This document shows positions 37,630-47,238 of a stretch of 64,000 nt of DNA, in pieces. The stretch lies in the NCBI GenBank assembly GCA_018333995.1, contig JAGXSG010000021.1, positions 7,723 through 71,722 on the forward strand, given 5' to 3'. Source of the DNA: Clostridiales bacterium (lineage in GTDB: Bacteria > Actinomycetota > Coriobacteriia > Anaerosomatales > SLCP01). The translations under genes were made by a program, and so were the position numbers. The notes under the pieces were generated by a model, which was given only the letters and a program-made list of their open reading frames with translations, did no database searches and was not told the origin of the DNA. The number at the start of each line of letters is the position of its first letter. Within the stretch, counting starts at the first letter, position 1.

Positions 37630-40600
37630 TTACGTATTGATCTTCCGGATCTTGCACAGACACGCCTTGTACTCGGGGATCGTCGTGTTGGCGTCCCCCG
37701 CGTCGACCGTAAGGTCGTTCGCGCGCGAACCAACAGACAGTCCTCGCTCGCCCCAGTGCCATGGGATCGCGACCACGCCTGGACCAACCCGCTGATTGTC
37801 AGCCATGCCAACACCCACGCGAGCCACAAAACCCTTGGCGAACGTGCCGGCGTTAGGCGACAGTACCGCCTGGCTCGCCTGTGTCGACTCACCGCGGGCC
37901 GTGATGACGTTGACGTAGTCTCCGGACGTAATCCCCCACCTGTTTGCGTCGACCGAGTTAATCTCGATCCACGGCTCGGGCTCAGCTTCATGGTTCCACG
38001 GATTGTTGCGCGTGATGGGACCGCCCTGGAAGTGCTCGACACACCTGATAGTGGTGAGCACCAGGTCGAAGCTCGAATCGGCCACGTTCTTGCCCACAAT
38101 CAGCGTGTCCGTCGGCGCGAGGTTCCACTGCGTGCCGCCAGGACCGCCAAACCCCGTGCCCATCGTGGTGTTGCGCCCAAATTTGGGGAGCAGACCTTTC
38201 GGGTCACTCTGCGCCAACGGAGTCTCGTATGGCTCGGTATGGGCTGGGAAGCGTCCCGGAATAACATGGACACTCTGCGGAGAGCCTACATTGTCCGGCA
38301 TGTCCGACAGCCGATGGTAGAAACGGTACCACCTCGCGTAGTTGAGATTGATGCCCGCAAGTGCCGTGTCCGTTACAAACAAGCGAGAAATCGAATCAGG
38401 ACTCATGTAGAAGTCGAGCACGTCACCGGGAACGTCGCCATTGTTGTAGAGAACGCGGCGATTGACGAGCCACGCGTAACCCCAGCCCGGGTAGGCAAGG
38501 GTGCCGTTAGGATCACTGGTGTCGCGGCTCTTGGCGCGGTTGAAGACCTTCCACGCCTGCTGGTTGGGGTGAGTGTTCGCAAAGAGCCGTTGCTCCCGGG
38601 TGTCGGTGCCGCTGATCGGACTGCTGCTCGCGTTGTACGCGCCCGTGTAGAGCCACGAGGCGCCGACCGCGGGGGTGCAAAGCTCACGATAGATGCGCTC
38701 GGCGATCCATTCGCTGCCGGTGACGGTGCCCGAATGCGGCGCGGGATCGTCACCGCGCCATATCTCCGCGGTTCCGCTGAGCGACTCGAACGACGGGGAC
38801 ACGCCGGGCTTGTAACCGTAGCGGTTGTAGTAGAAGACGTCGTACGCGCTTGTCTCGGGACGGCCAATCGCAGACCACCGTGCGGTGATGTGCGAAAACG
38901 CGCCGGCCTGGTCGAACGCGTAGGCGAGCCGGAACAGTAGCTCGAGATCTGACTTACTGTTGCCGATGGGATTCACGGCCTTCTCGCGCCACTGCAGGAC
39001 ACGGCCGGAGTTGGCGGTGCTGCCTGCCTCTTCCACATGTGAGCACGATGGAATCAAGAAAGTCACGCTGCCGGGCTTGCGATCGCACGCAGCGGTCTCC
39101 GTCTCGAAGAGGTCGGTAACCGCTAACAGGTCGAGCTCTCTTAGCCCTTTGCGGACCGCGCTCAGATTGGCTTGAGTGACTGCGGGGTTTTGCCCCCAGA
39201 TCACCGCGGCCTTGATGGTTCCCGCGGCCATCTTGCGGAACATCATCGTGTGCAGATCGCCGTTGGTCTTGGGCCACAGGTCGTATAGCGCGTTTGTGAC
39301 CGTACGGTCGAGACCGGGGGTGGTCATCCAAGACCCATCCCCAAAGAAATTGTAGGTAAGGTTGGTAAAGCCCCGCTGCTGGCCGCCCATTGCGGTCGTC
39401 ACGTACGCGCGATCGTAGGTGCCCCCTGAGTTAACCGAGTTGCCCCAGAGGGTGTCCATGTACTTGCCAAACGCGTTTGTATCGTTGGTGGGGGTGGTGC
39501 CCGGAAGCGTATATGTCCCGCCCGCGGTCATCTGCGTGGGGTTCCCCGAGTAGAAGGGGATGAGGTGCGCGAGCACTCCCATGTCGGTCGAGCCCTGGAC
39601 GTTGTGGATGCCGCGAAGCGCGTTGATACCGCCGCCGGCGCGACCCACATTTCCTGTGATCGACTGAAGCACAGCGAACGCTTTCACGTTCTGAGCGCCG
39701 TGCGTGTGCTGGGTCAGACCCATGGCATAGAGCATCGTGGTGACTCGGTAGCCACCCGCAACACCTACCCTGGGATCCTGCGAACCAGTACCCGTGACCG
39801 GCCCAACGCTAGCAGCGCGACTGTGGTCGATGTAGGCGTTGACCATGAACTCAAGATCCGCCGGACTCACACCTGATACATCCTCGACGATCTGGGGTGT
39901 GTACGGTGCAACATGGTCCCAGAGCCGGTTGTAGACCGTATCGGGATTCGCATCAACAGTCGCTGCTTTGACCGGGAAGTTTGAAAACGTGTTCGCTCCG
40001 TCGGTTTTAGTCTCGCGCACGTAGTCCGTTCCCGCAGGATTGACGACGAAGCGGGCGTCCGTGTACTTGGAGCCGCCCGGAACAGAAACCGTCGCGGTAC
40101 CGCCGTCAGGGAAGAACAGATTCGCACTCGTCTCGTTGAGAAACTCGAAGAACTTCGCACGAACCGCCGGTGCGACTCCAGTGCCGGTGTTCATCCTCTC
40201 CATGATTCCACGAGTGATGCCGTTGATGATCGCGACATCGGTTCCGGGCCGGAAACGGATGAAGCGCTCGCCTTTCGCGGGATCGCACTGCAGCGCCGTT
40301 CGTGTCTTGCGGGGATCAAGAACGACGAGCTTGCCTCCCCTGTCCCGAGCGTGGTTGATGTGAGCCATGCACGCCGGGTGGTTCTCGGCGGGGTTCGCTC
40401 CCATGACCACGATCAGCGAAGCGTTGCCTATGTCGCTCCAGTTGTTCGACATGGCGCCTCGTCCAAACGCGGCGGCCAGACCGGCCACCGTGGACGAGTG
40501 TCAAACACGCGCCTGATGCTCGATGTTTGTCGTTCCAAACTGAGCGATCAAGCGGCGATACGTGAAGTTCTGCTCGTTGTTCAGGTGTGATGAGCCAAAG

Positions 40601-41142
40601 AACGCCACCTGCTTGGAGTTGTAACCGTTCTCAACCGACGGCGCTCTACCATTCGCGTCACGAGCCGCCTTCATCCCAGTAGCGATTTCGGTCATGGCGG
40701 CATCGAGGCTCACCTTGTTCCATGGCCCGTTGCCCTCGCGGCGATACGCCACGCCATCAGTGAAGCTCGGGTCGTAGTTAAAGACCGGGTTTTCAGGATG
40801 GCTCGAAAATGCGCCTATGCGGCGCGGATTGGTCACGAGCTGGTACGCGCCGGCGCCCTTAGCGCACAATCCTCCATCGTTCATCGGCGACATGTGATCG
40901 CCGTATACATCAAGCACGTTACCTGCGGAATCAACATCCACGAGCTGTCCACAGCTCGCCGAGCAGTACGGACAAGTGGTGTGGTAGGTGGCCGCTACCG
41001 TCGCAGCAAAGGCGCTTGAAGGTTTGGCCGCGAACTCAAGACCCGCGGCGCCAACAGCCGCGGTGGCGGCGCTTGCCTTCAAGAAATCCCTGCGCGATAG
41101 GTGCAACTTCCCTCCATCCTTGCCCTTGTCGTGAGTACCCAT
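37630..41142 (-). CDS. fdhA: Tat-exported molybdo/tungstopterin (bis-MGD) formate-dehydrogenase-like alpha subunit containing selenocysteine; in-frame UGA at 40503-40501
   Basis: Two ORF-track ORFs (40501-41295 and 37630-40488) are one frame joined by TGA. The junction reads IEHQARV-U-HSSTVAGLAAAFGRGAMSNNW, matching the FDH Sec-site signature. Tat motif SRRDFLKASAATAAVGA; FeS motif CPYCSASCG...GGLCAKG; ATG at 41142 after GAGAGGG. Confidence 0.85.
40471..40489 (-). promoter_or_regulatory. Bacterial SECIS apical hairpin
   Basis: GGUGGCC-GGUCU-GGCCGCC (7 bp including one G-U, 5-nt GGUCU loop) starting 11 nt after the UGA; same V-A-G-L coding context and loop type as I recall for E. coli fdhF. 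Confidence 0.7.
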
Positions 41143-41283
41143 GCGTTTACCCTCTCTTCTCTTCCGCGCTTCTCTCATGAGACCTCGCGGATCGTCCTTC
41201 GAGCGGCCAGTCCGCCCGCATCGCGCGTCGCCGTAGAACGCCTCCTTCCCCTCGCACATCGTGGGGGTTGAGAGAAGAAACAC

Positions 41284-41332
41284 AAAAACCGGCACAGAAG
41301 ACGACCGCTCATGCGGCTGCCACTGAACCGGT
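41284..41332 (-). terminator. Candidate intrinsic terminator / expression platform in the fdhA leader
   Basis: Long imperfect hairpin (ACCGG...CCGGU outer helix enclosing CCGC-AUGA-GCGG) followed by UUUUUGUGUUUCUUCUC; a competing helix GAAGAC/GUCUUC is also possible. Confidence 0.4.
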
Positions 41333-41411
41333 CTTCATCTCATCTCCGCTCCCTTACCCCGCGCACCGACCACCGCAGGCCCCTATGCCGGGGAGCCCGC
41401 TAGATGCATCA

Positions 41412-41508
41412 GTTCCCTTTCCGCCGGGAGGCGCCGCAGTTTCCCACGACACCCTATCGGCCCCGCCACCATGACCATTCCGGTTTTAGGTGAACGGAGC
41501 TCGGGAAC
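41412..41508 (-). promoter_or_regulatory. Moco/Tuco (molybdenum/tungsten cofactor) riboswitch-like element, copy A
   Basis: GUUCCCGAG...CCGGAAU...CCGAUAGGG...GGGAAAC...CGCCUCCCGGCGGAAAGGGAAC; closing helix GUUCCC/GGGAAC; the 3' block GCCUCCC-N-GGAAAGG matches my recollection of the E. coli moaA Moco RNA; paralogous to copy B with compensatory P1/P2 changes. Confidence 0.65.
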
Positions 41509-41554
41509 AATGAGCCATTTGTCACTTTCGAGCTACGTACTTGCTGTATCGAGC

Positions 41555-41580
41555 GGTATTGTAACAAATGTTACAATACC
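41555..41580. promoter_or_regulatory. Perfect 12+2+12 palindrome GGTATTGTAACA-AA-TGTTACAATACC (operator site 1)
   Basis: Read directly; AT-rich in a GC-rich genome; 47 nt upstream of riboswitch copy A; core TTGTAACA-N2-TGTTACAA shared with the sites at 49134 and 59621. Confidence 0.7.
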
Positions 41581-41714
41581 ATCCACGGATAGGATACCAT
41601 ATGGCGCACCCGTGTCAACCGATGGATCACATACCCTGTACCGTATTCCGCAACGCCGGGGCGCCGCTCGGCCAGGCAGACCGTTGCGTGTGAGACCGTT
41701 CGCGCCTCGTCCCC

Positions 41715-43244
41715 TTATCGGGACCGTTCAGGTGAGGTCCCGAGTACCCGCTCCGCGAACAGGCGCGCATCGTACGCGTCGATGCCGAGCGCGCGAGCTA
41801 CACGCGCGATCTCCGGGTCTTGGGTGCACAACGTCTTCGCGCGCCGGGCAAGCACGAGCAATGCCGCTACGTCATGTGACACGCCGCTTCGATCCATGAG
41901 GTTCTTCGTATCCGAGTCGGAGTAGACCTCCGGGGTGAGCAGATCACCGAGCGCCACGCCGTTGATCTCGCGGCCCTTGTAGCGCTCGAACTCCTCGGCG
42001 GGAACGATCCACCGCCAACGCTTCCTCTCGGCCATCTTGCCGATGAGACCGGCGGCGGCGATCTGCTCGAGGAACTCCTCGGTCACTACGAAACGGCGGC
42101 GGCGCGCCAGGAGCAGCAGGGGAAGAAGCACGAGCGGGCTCAGACAAAACGCCCACTGCACGGGAGTCTCCGGCACGATTGGGACAGGCGCGATAGGATC
42201 AGGCCACCCCCACACCTGCACCTGATGGTTCACCCTGTCGGTGAGGAAAATGAAGCCTCGAGTGTCGACCGCCAGATCGTTGGTGTAGCGGAACTGCCCA
42301 GGCCCCACGCCAGGACCGCCAAAGCTCGCGATCCGCTCACCAGCCGCATCGTAGATGTCGCCCTGGTGAGCAAGCGCATCGGCGACGTAGAGGCGCCCCT
42401 GTCCGTCCATGTCGATGCCGCGCGGAATGCCGGATGTGCGAATAATGCGCTCGAACGCACCCGTCTCGTCGAAGACTTGGATGCGCCTGTTGTTGCTGTC
42501 GGCCACAAACACCAAGCCATCTCTCACCACAATCCCGTTTGGAAAGTAGAAGCGCCCGGGGGCGTCGGTGATCTCCTCGGCGGCCGCGAATCCTCCAAAC
42601 CGCCTGATCTCAACTCCCTGAGGGTCGAATACGATGATTTGGTGAAGGTCGTTGCGGCCCACGTCGCTCACCCAAAGATTGCCCGCATCGTCGAAAGCGA
42701 TCGCAAGCGGTGCCCAAATGCGGGCCTCTTCGGCGTCAGCGGGCTCGACCTTGCGCAGGTACTCGCCGGACGGGCTGAACACGTAAAGCGACCGGTGGCG
42801 GCGGTCCGTGACGTATACCTCGCCGTTGGGAGCGACCTCGACGTACACGGGCGTAACGAGCGACGTCGCGTCTTCGTCATTGATGCCGGAAAACGAGAAC
42901 CGATACTCGCCTTCGACCGTGTAGACCTTCACCTCGCCCGCAGTGGGATCGGTGACGTAGACGAGTCCCTCGGCCGAGACGTCGACACCGAGCGGTTCGC
43001 TCAAAGCGCCATCCCCCTCGGGTCCGGTGATCGAGTACAAGTACTCGGGAGGGGTAACGACCTCCTCGGCGCCTCCCCCGATACCAGGCACGGGAAGGCG
43101 CCGGTAGGTGTTGTGGTAGTAGATCGCCCAAAGCGCCGTGCCGAGAAGGGCGAGGAGCACCAGCAGAGCGACGATCTTGCGTCTGGAGGCCGGCGCGTTA
43201 GAGCGGCCGAAAGGATCACTTTCGTATGTGGGATCGTTTACCAT
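41715..43244 (-). CDS. Bitopic NHL-repeat beta-propeller protein with second TM helix and cytoplasmic PIN-like C-terminal domain, paralogue 2
   Basis: Same architecture as 31624-33225: TM, NHL repeats (VADSNNRRIQVFD, LTDRVNHQVQVW), TM FCLSPLVLLPLLLLA, C-terminal RFVVTEEFLEQ...LCTQDPEIARVARALGIDAYD. Confidence 0.65.
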   Translation of the reverse strand: MVNDPTYESDPFGRSNAPASRRKIVALLVLLALLGTALWAIYYHNTYRRLPVPGIGGGAEEVVTPPEYLYSITGPEGDGALSEPLGVDVSAEGLVYVTDPTAGEVKVYTVEGEYRFSFSGINDEDATSLVTPVYVEVAPNGEVYVTDRRHRSLYVFSPSGEYLRKVEPADAEEARIWAPLAIAFDDAGNLWVSDVGRNDLHQIIVFDPQGVEIRRFGGFAAAEEITDAPGRFYFPNGIVVRDGLVFVADSNNRRIQVFDETGAFERIIRTSGIPRGIDMDGQGRLYVADALAHQGDIYDAAGERIASFGGPGVGPGQFRYTNDLAVDTRGFIFLTDRVNHQVQVWGWPDPIAPVPIVPETPVQWAFCLSPLVLLPLLLLARRRRFVVTEEFLEQIAAAGLIGKMAERKRWRWIVPAEEFERYKGREINGVALGDLLTPEVYSDSDTKNLMDRSGVSHDVAALLVLARRAKTLCTQDPEIARVARALGIDAYDARLFAERVLGTSPERSR

Positions 43245-43256
43245 GAGCGCTTCCCG

Positions 43257-44264
43257 TCACTTCGTGTCTGATAGACGCTCTACGGCCGAGGCGGCCTCGG
43301 CGTCGTCCGGTGCCAGATCGAGTACGCGCTGCCACGCGTCCATTGCCGCATCGAGGTCTCCAGTACTTTCATATAACGTGGCGACCAGCCGCGCGGACTC
43401 AAGATCGGTCGGCTCCAAGGCGCGCGCGATGCGCGCTTCCGTGAGCGCGGCCACTGGGTCGCTCGAGACGAGCGCGCGCGCGGCCTCGAGACGATCCGCG
43501 TGCTGACCAAGCTTCTCAAGCTCCTGAAACGGTTCGCGAACTCCCGGAGGCGCGCCATCCGCCGATGTGCGGAAGCGCTCGGCGGCGGCGGCCACGTATC
43601 CCTCGGCCAGTAGCAGGAGTCCGTAATCGTAGTTGGCCTCGGGCATCACCGGATCGAACATGAGCGCGCTCTCAAGGTAGGTGCGCTGATTCCGTTCCGA
43701 GCCGATCTCCCGATACGCGACTGAGAGCGCGTAGTGGGTGTCGGCGGCCGAGCGGTTGATGCGGAGCGCCTCGTGCAAGGATTGGGCGGCCTCCTCGTAG
43801 CGCTTCTGCTCGAGGAGCGTCATGCCGAGCTGGTGGTACCCGGTCCCGAGCCGCTGGTCAAGGCGTGAGAACTGCCCGCCTTCGAGCTCATCGACGAGCG
43901 TGCGCCAGTATCCCTCGGCGGTCTCCCACTCACCTTGGAACATGGCGATCAGGCCAAGTCCCGTGAGCGCGTCGGGATGGTTCGCCTCAAGCTCCAACGC
44001 GGCGTTGAACTGATCGATGGCCTCCCGTGGCTGTCCTGCCGCGGCGTAGGCCTCGGCAAGCGCGATGCGCAAACCTGCGTCATCCGGACTCTCCTCGATC
44101 GCCGCGATCAAGTTGTCGACCGCACGCGAAGCGGGCGCCCCGCGGCGCTCGGCTGACTGCGTGATCACCACAGAGTACGCAAGGTATCCCACCGCGACGA
44201 CAACAAGCACCGCCGCGCCCTTGATCCCCACATCGAGCCATCGCACGTTGTCAAACATTCTCAT
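43257..44264 (-). CDS. Membrane-anchored TPR-repeat protein
   Basis: N-terminal TM GAAVLVVVAVGYLAYSVVI, then repeated TPR-like helices (A-x3-Y-x-x-A-G...A-x-x-x-F-x-x-A-L). Confidence 0.65.
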   Translation of the reverse strand: MRMFDNVRWLDVGIKGAAVLVVVAVGYLAYSVVITQSAERRGAPASRAVDNLIAAIEESPDDAGLRIALAEAYAAAGQPREAIDQFNAALELEANHPDALTGLGLIAMFQGEWETAEGYWRTLVDELEGGQFSRLDQRLGTGYHQLGMTLLEQKRYEEAAQSLHEALRINRSAADTHYALSVAYREIGSERNQRTYLESALMFDPVMPEANYDYGLLLLAEGYVAAAAERFRTSADGAPPGVREPFQELEKLGQHADRLEAARALVSSDPVAALTEARIARALEPTDLESARLVATLYESTGDLDAAMDAWQRVLDLAPDDAEAASAVERLSDTK

Positions 44265-44309
44265 GACTCACTCACCTCGTCAGCGACGGCCGGGCAGGCG
44301 CACGGCGTT

Positions 44310-45908
44310 TCAGATGTTCAGGTCAGCATGGCACCGGCGGCACAGCTGAGAGCCGGGCCACGGCGCGATTTCGACGTTACGGAAATCGAGAGCACCATGA
44401 CAGTCATAGCAGACACGCAAATCGTGTGCCCCGGTGTCGTACGCTTGACGTCCCGCACCCCGCACCCGCGCGACAGTCAGGCCGATGTGGCAGTCGTCGC
44501 ACACGTACGAACGGCCGACCCGCTCGGCGACATCGAAGTGCACCGCGTGGGAGACGAAGCCCATCCGCCGTATCGCGGTCGGCGGCTCGGTGGTCGCCTC
44601 GGGGTGACACTCGACGCAGTTCTCTGCTCGCAGCTCAGCGTCGCGCACGGACACATGGTGGCACTCCTGACACGTCGCACGGTCGGTGTGGCACACCCCG
44701 CAATCGTCGCGCGAGTAACCGTTGGCCGCGTGCGACGCCAGCCACGCGGTCGGGTGCGGCATGGCCGTCTGGTGACAGCGAGAACACGATTCGCTCGTGT
44801 GACATATCGAACACCCGCCGCGCCCGCCGAGATACGGCGCGCCGTGTTGCGCAATCCACTCGACACGCTCGTGGGTGTCAGGGATCACCTGCGCGCTCAA
44901 GGAGCCATCGGCAAGTTGCCTCTCGCCTCGATGGCATTCGGCGCAAACCGGCGATGTATGACACATCGTGCAGTTGACGAGGTCCTCACCTGCCGGTCCG
45001 CTGTGGTCGCGCGCTATGAAATCAGGTGTGTGATCGGCCGGGACGAGGTTGAAATCGGACGGATGGCACGCAAGGCATTCTTCCGGCGCCACCTCGCCCT
45101 TCCCCGCATGCTGGACGCTGTGGCACCGGTAGCACGAGCGCATCGTAGGCAGCGCGGTCTCGTCGGGAGTGTGGGGAAACGCCTCGTGGCACACCTCGCA
45201 TCGATAGTCACGCTCGAGATGGACGGTGTGGGTGAAGATCAGGCCGTCTTCCGCTAGCCCCTCATCAATCCCCGAGTGACAGAACACGCACTGCCCGATG
45301 GCAACCGGATCCTCCGTACGCACGACGAGCGAGGGCCGGGGTTCCGGCGCTGGAACGACGCGGAGGTAAATCGGCGGAGTGGGAGGAGTGTCGACCTCCA
45401 TCTCCTGGTGACACGCATCGCACTGGGCACGCGCGTCGTGGCACATCAAGCAATCATTGAACCCGCCGCGCGAAACCGCCCGGGCGTGCGGTTGGGCGAT
45501 CCAGTCATCGCCGTGATACGCGGGCCGCAAGCGGAACGCACTTGTGTGGCAGTAGCCGCAGTCATCGGCGGCGATAACTCCCGCGCCACTGTGCGCAAGA
45601 CCATGGCACGCGAAACACGTCCGCATCGAAGGAGAGTACGTCACGCCCGCCTCGTGAGCCGGACGGACGTGACACACTGAACACTCGAGCTTGATGTGAA
45701 CGCCGTGACTGAACACAAGCTCAGGGTTAGGGGACTCGGCGATCCGCGCATGACACGCCGAGCAGGTACTCGCGGTAACCGGTCCAGTGAGATCGATCTC
45801 ACTGGGTATCGTCGTGCCTGCGCCCTGTACTGAGCCGGACACGGCGAAGATGGCCGCCATGATGGCGACCGCCGCAATCGTGTGCGCATGTCGGCGGCGG
45901 ATGCTCAT
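44310..45908 (-). CDS. Secreted 20-haem c-type cytochrome built from repeated about 6-haem modules
   Basis: 20 CxxCH motifs counted; modules 1 and 2 are collinear (CSACH..FSHGVH..CSVCH..MRTCFACH..CGYCH..CLMCH..CDACH versus CVFCH..FTHTVH..CEVCH..MRSCYRCH..CLACH..CTMCH..CAECH); signal peptide. Confidence 0.85.
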   Translation of the reverse strand: MSIRRRHAHTIAAVAIMAAIFAVSGSVQGAGTTIPSEIDLTGPVTASTCSACHARIAESPNPELVFSHGVHIKLECSVCHVRPAHEAGVTYSPSMRTCFACHGLAHSGAGVIAADDCGYCHTSAFRLRPAYHGDDWIAQPHARAVSRGGFNDCLMCHDARAQCDACHQEMEVDTPPTPPIYLRVVPAPEPRPSLVVRTEDPVAIGQCVFCHSGIDEGLAEDGLIFTHTVHLERDYRCEVCHEAFPHTPDETALPTMRSCYRCHSVQHAGKGEVAPEECLACHPSDFNLVPADHTPDFIARDHSGPAGEDLVNCTMCHTSPVCAECHRGERQLADGSLSAQVIPDTHERVEWIAQHGAPYLGGRGGCSICHTSESCSRCHQTAMPHPTAWLASHAANGYSRDDCGVCHTDRATCQECHHVSVRDAELRAENCVECHPEATTEPPTAIRRMGFVSHAVHFDVAERVGRSYVCDDCHIGLTVARVRGAGRQAYDTGAHDLRVCYDCHGALDFRNVEIAPWPGSQLCRRCHADLNI

Positions 45909-45917
45909 CAGTCGACG

Positions 45918-47180
45918 CTAACTCCCACCCCTCACCGAACGCCACCACCTGAGAAGCGGGTTCTCGTCCCTCGCGACGCTCTGGCCGTGAATGAGCCCCG
46001 CCGAGTGTTCTATGAACGCCTCTCCGGAACCGCGATGGCACTCCCCGCACGTCGCGACGGCGTTGACCGGGTACATCATCGAGTTCGGGTCGCTTACCGG
46101 CAGCGCCTCGTGAGAGCCGTGGCAGTCCCAGCATGAAGGGGTGTCTCGGCCAGCGCGGCGCTTGTAAGGCGCACCGTGATAGTAGTCATCGTACGTGGCC
46201 CACTCGGCCGAGTGACACTGAGCGCACATCCGCTCCGACGCGAAGTGCAACTCGCGCCTCGCGGCGTCCGTATCGAGGCGCGCGATACTGTGTCCTCCGT
46301 GACACGAACCGCACGTCGCGGATGTGTAGTCGCCCTCGGCGATCAGTGTCCCGTGAATCGACGCTTCGTACGCCGAGACGAGTTCAGCCTGCGCGGGCCG
46401 CTCGCCGTACGCACCCTCGTGGCACGCGAGACACGCCAGGCCCGCATTCACCTGCCACAGCGGTGTCGCCCCACGCTCGCCGGTGTAGTTGAAGTCGACG
46501 TGGCACTCGACACACGTGATGTCTCGATGCGCTGACCAGTCGAGAACGTCTTCATCGACGAAGTACGACTCCGAGCCGCCTCGCGACGCTTTGGCGAGAT
46601 CCGGATTGCCGTGACACGCGAGACATCCGTCGCCCACGTCGTACGTCAAGCCGTCAGAGCGCCATTCGACGTCACGCTCGGCATGGCACGTATCACAATC
46701 GGCACGATCGTGGCACATCGCACACTCCGTGCGAAGAGCGTTCTCGGCGGGATCCACGTGAGGCGTCTCCGCCCACTCGGCAACGTGGGACTCGGGACGC
46801 AGCCGTTCGACGCGCGCACCATGGCACTTCTCACAGGTGTCCCCCGCGATCAATCCCATCGGCCCATGCTGGAGGCCATGACAGTTCCAGCATTCGACCA
46901 TCGCCGGAACATCCGTTCCGGCCGGGGTGTGGGGGTAGCTCAAGTGACAGTTGGAGCACGCGAACCACATGTGCGTCGCGTGAGTGAAGTCGACAAGATC
47001 GCTCTCCACTTCCGCGATCTGGCCGTGGCAGACCTTGCACGCGCTCGCAACCACGGGAGCGCCAGTGTCGATCGTCACCTGTTCGGCGTACGCATGCGGA
47101 ACTCTCGTGAGTGCCGCCACGCACACAAGCGCGACGGCGAAGGCGAGGATGCCGGTCCACGCCTTGAGCCTGTAGGTCAT
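45918..47180 (-). CDS. Secreted/anchored 13-haem c-type cytochrome (6-haem module + 7-haem module)
   Basis: 13 CxxCH; the N-terminal six align with the 20-haem module and the C-terminal seven align with the 7-haem protein (shared YDDYYHG/YNDYYHG, CWDCH, IHGQ); ATG at 47180 after GGGGAG; TM GILAFAVALVCVAAL. Confidence 0.85.
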   Translation of the reverse strand: MTYRLKAWTGILAFAVALVCVAALTRVPHAYAEQVTIDTGAPVVASACKVCHGQIAEVESDLVDFTHATHMWFACSNCHLSYPHTPAGTDVPAMVECWNCHGLQHGPMGLIAGDTCEKCHGARVERLRPESHVAEWAETPHVDPAENALRTECAMCHDRADCDTCHAERDVEWRSDGLTYDVGDGCLACHGNPDLAKASRGGSESYFVDEDVLDWSAHRDITCVECHVDFNYTGERGATPLWQVNAGLACLACHEGAYGERPAQAELVSAYEASIHGTLIAEGDYTSATCGSCHGGHSIARLDTDAARRELHFASERMCAQCHSAEWATYDDYYHGAPYKRRAGRDTPSCWDCHGSHEALPVSDPNSMMYPVNAVATCGECHRGSGEAFIEHSAGLIHGQSVARDENPLLRWWRSVRGGS

Positions 47181-47238
47181 CTCCCCTACCCTTTCTGATT
47201 CCGTGTCAAATACTGACCGCGGGACACCTCCCGCGAGC

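Noticed and set aside
37630-41295. Molybdoenzyme gene interrupted by a stop codon (pseudogene)
   Set aside because: The stop is a TGA at exactly the FDH Sec position and is followed by a SECIS-like hairpin, and both halves are in the same frame and intact. I interpret it as selenocysteine recoding.
41143-41295. N-terminal 51-aa extension of the fdhA ORF
   Set aside because: The extension precedes a good SD (GAGAGGG) plus ATG at 41142. It would place the Tat motif unusually far from the N-terminus, and the region reads better as 5' leader.
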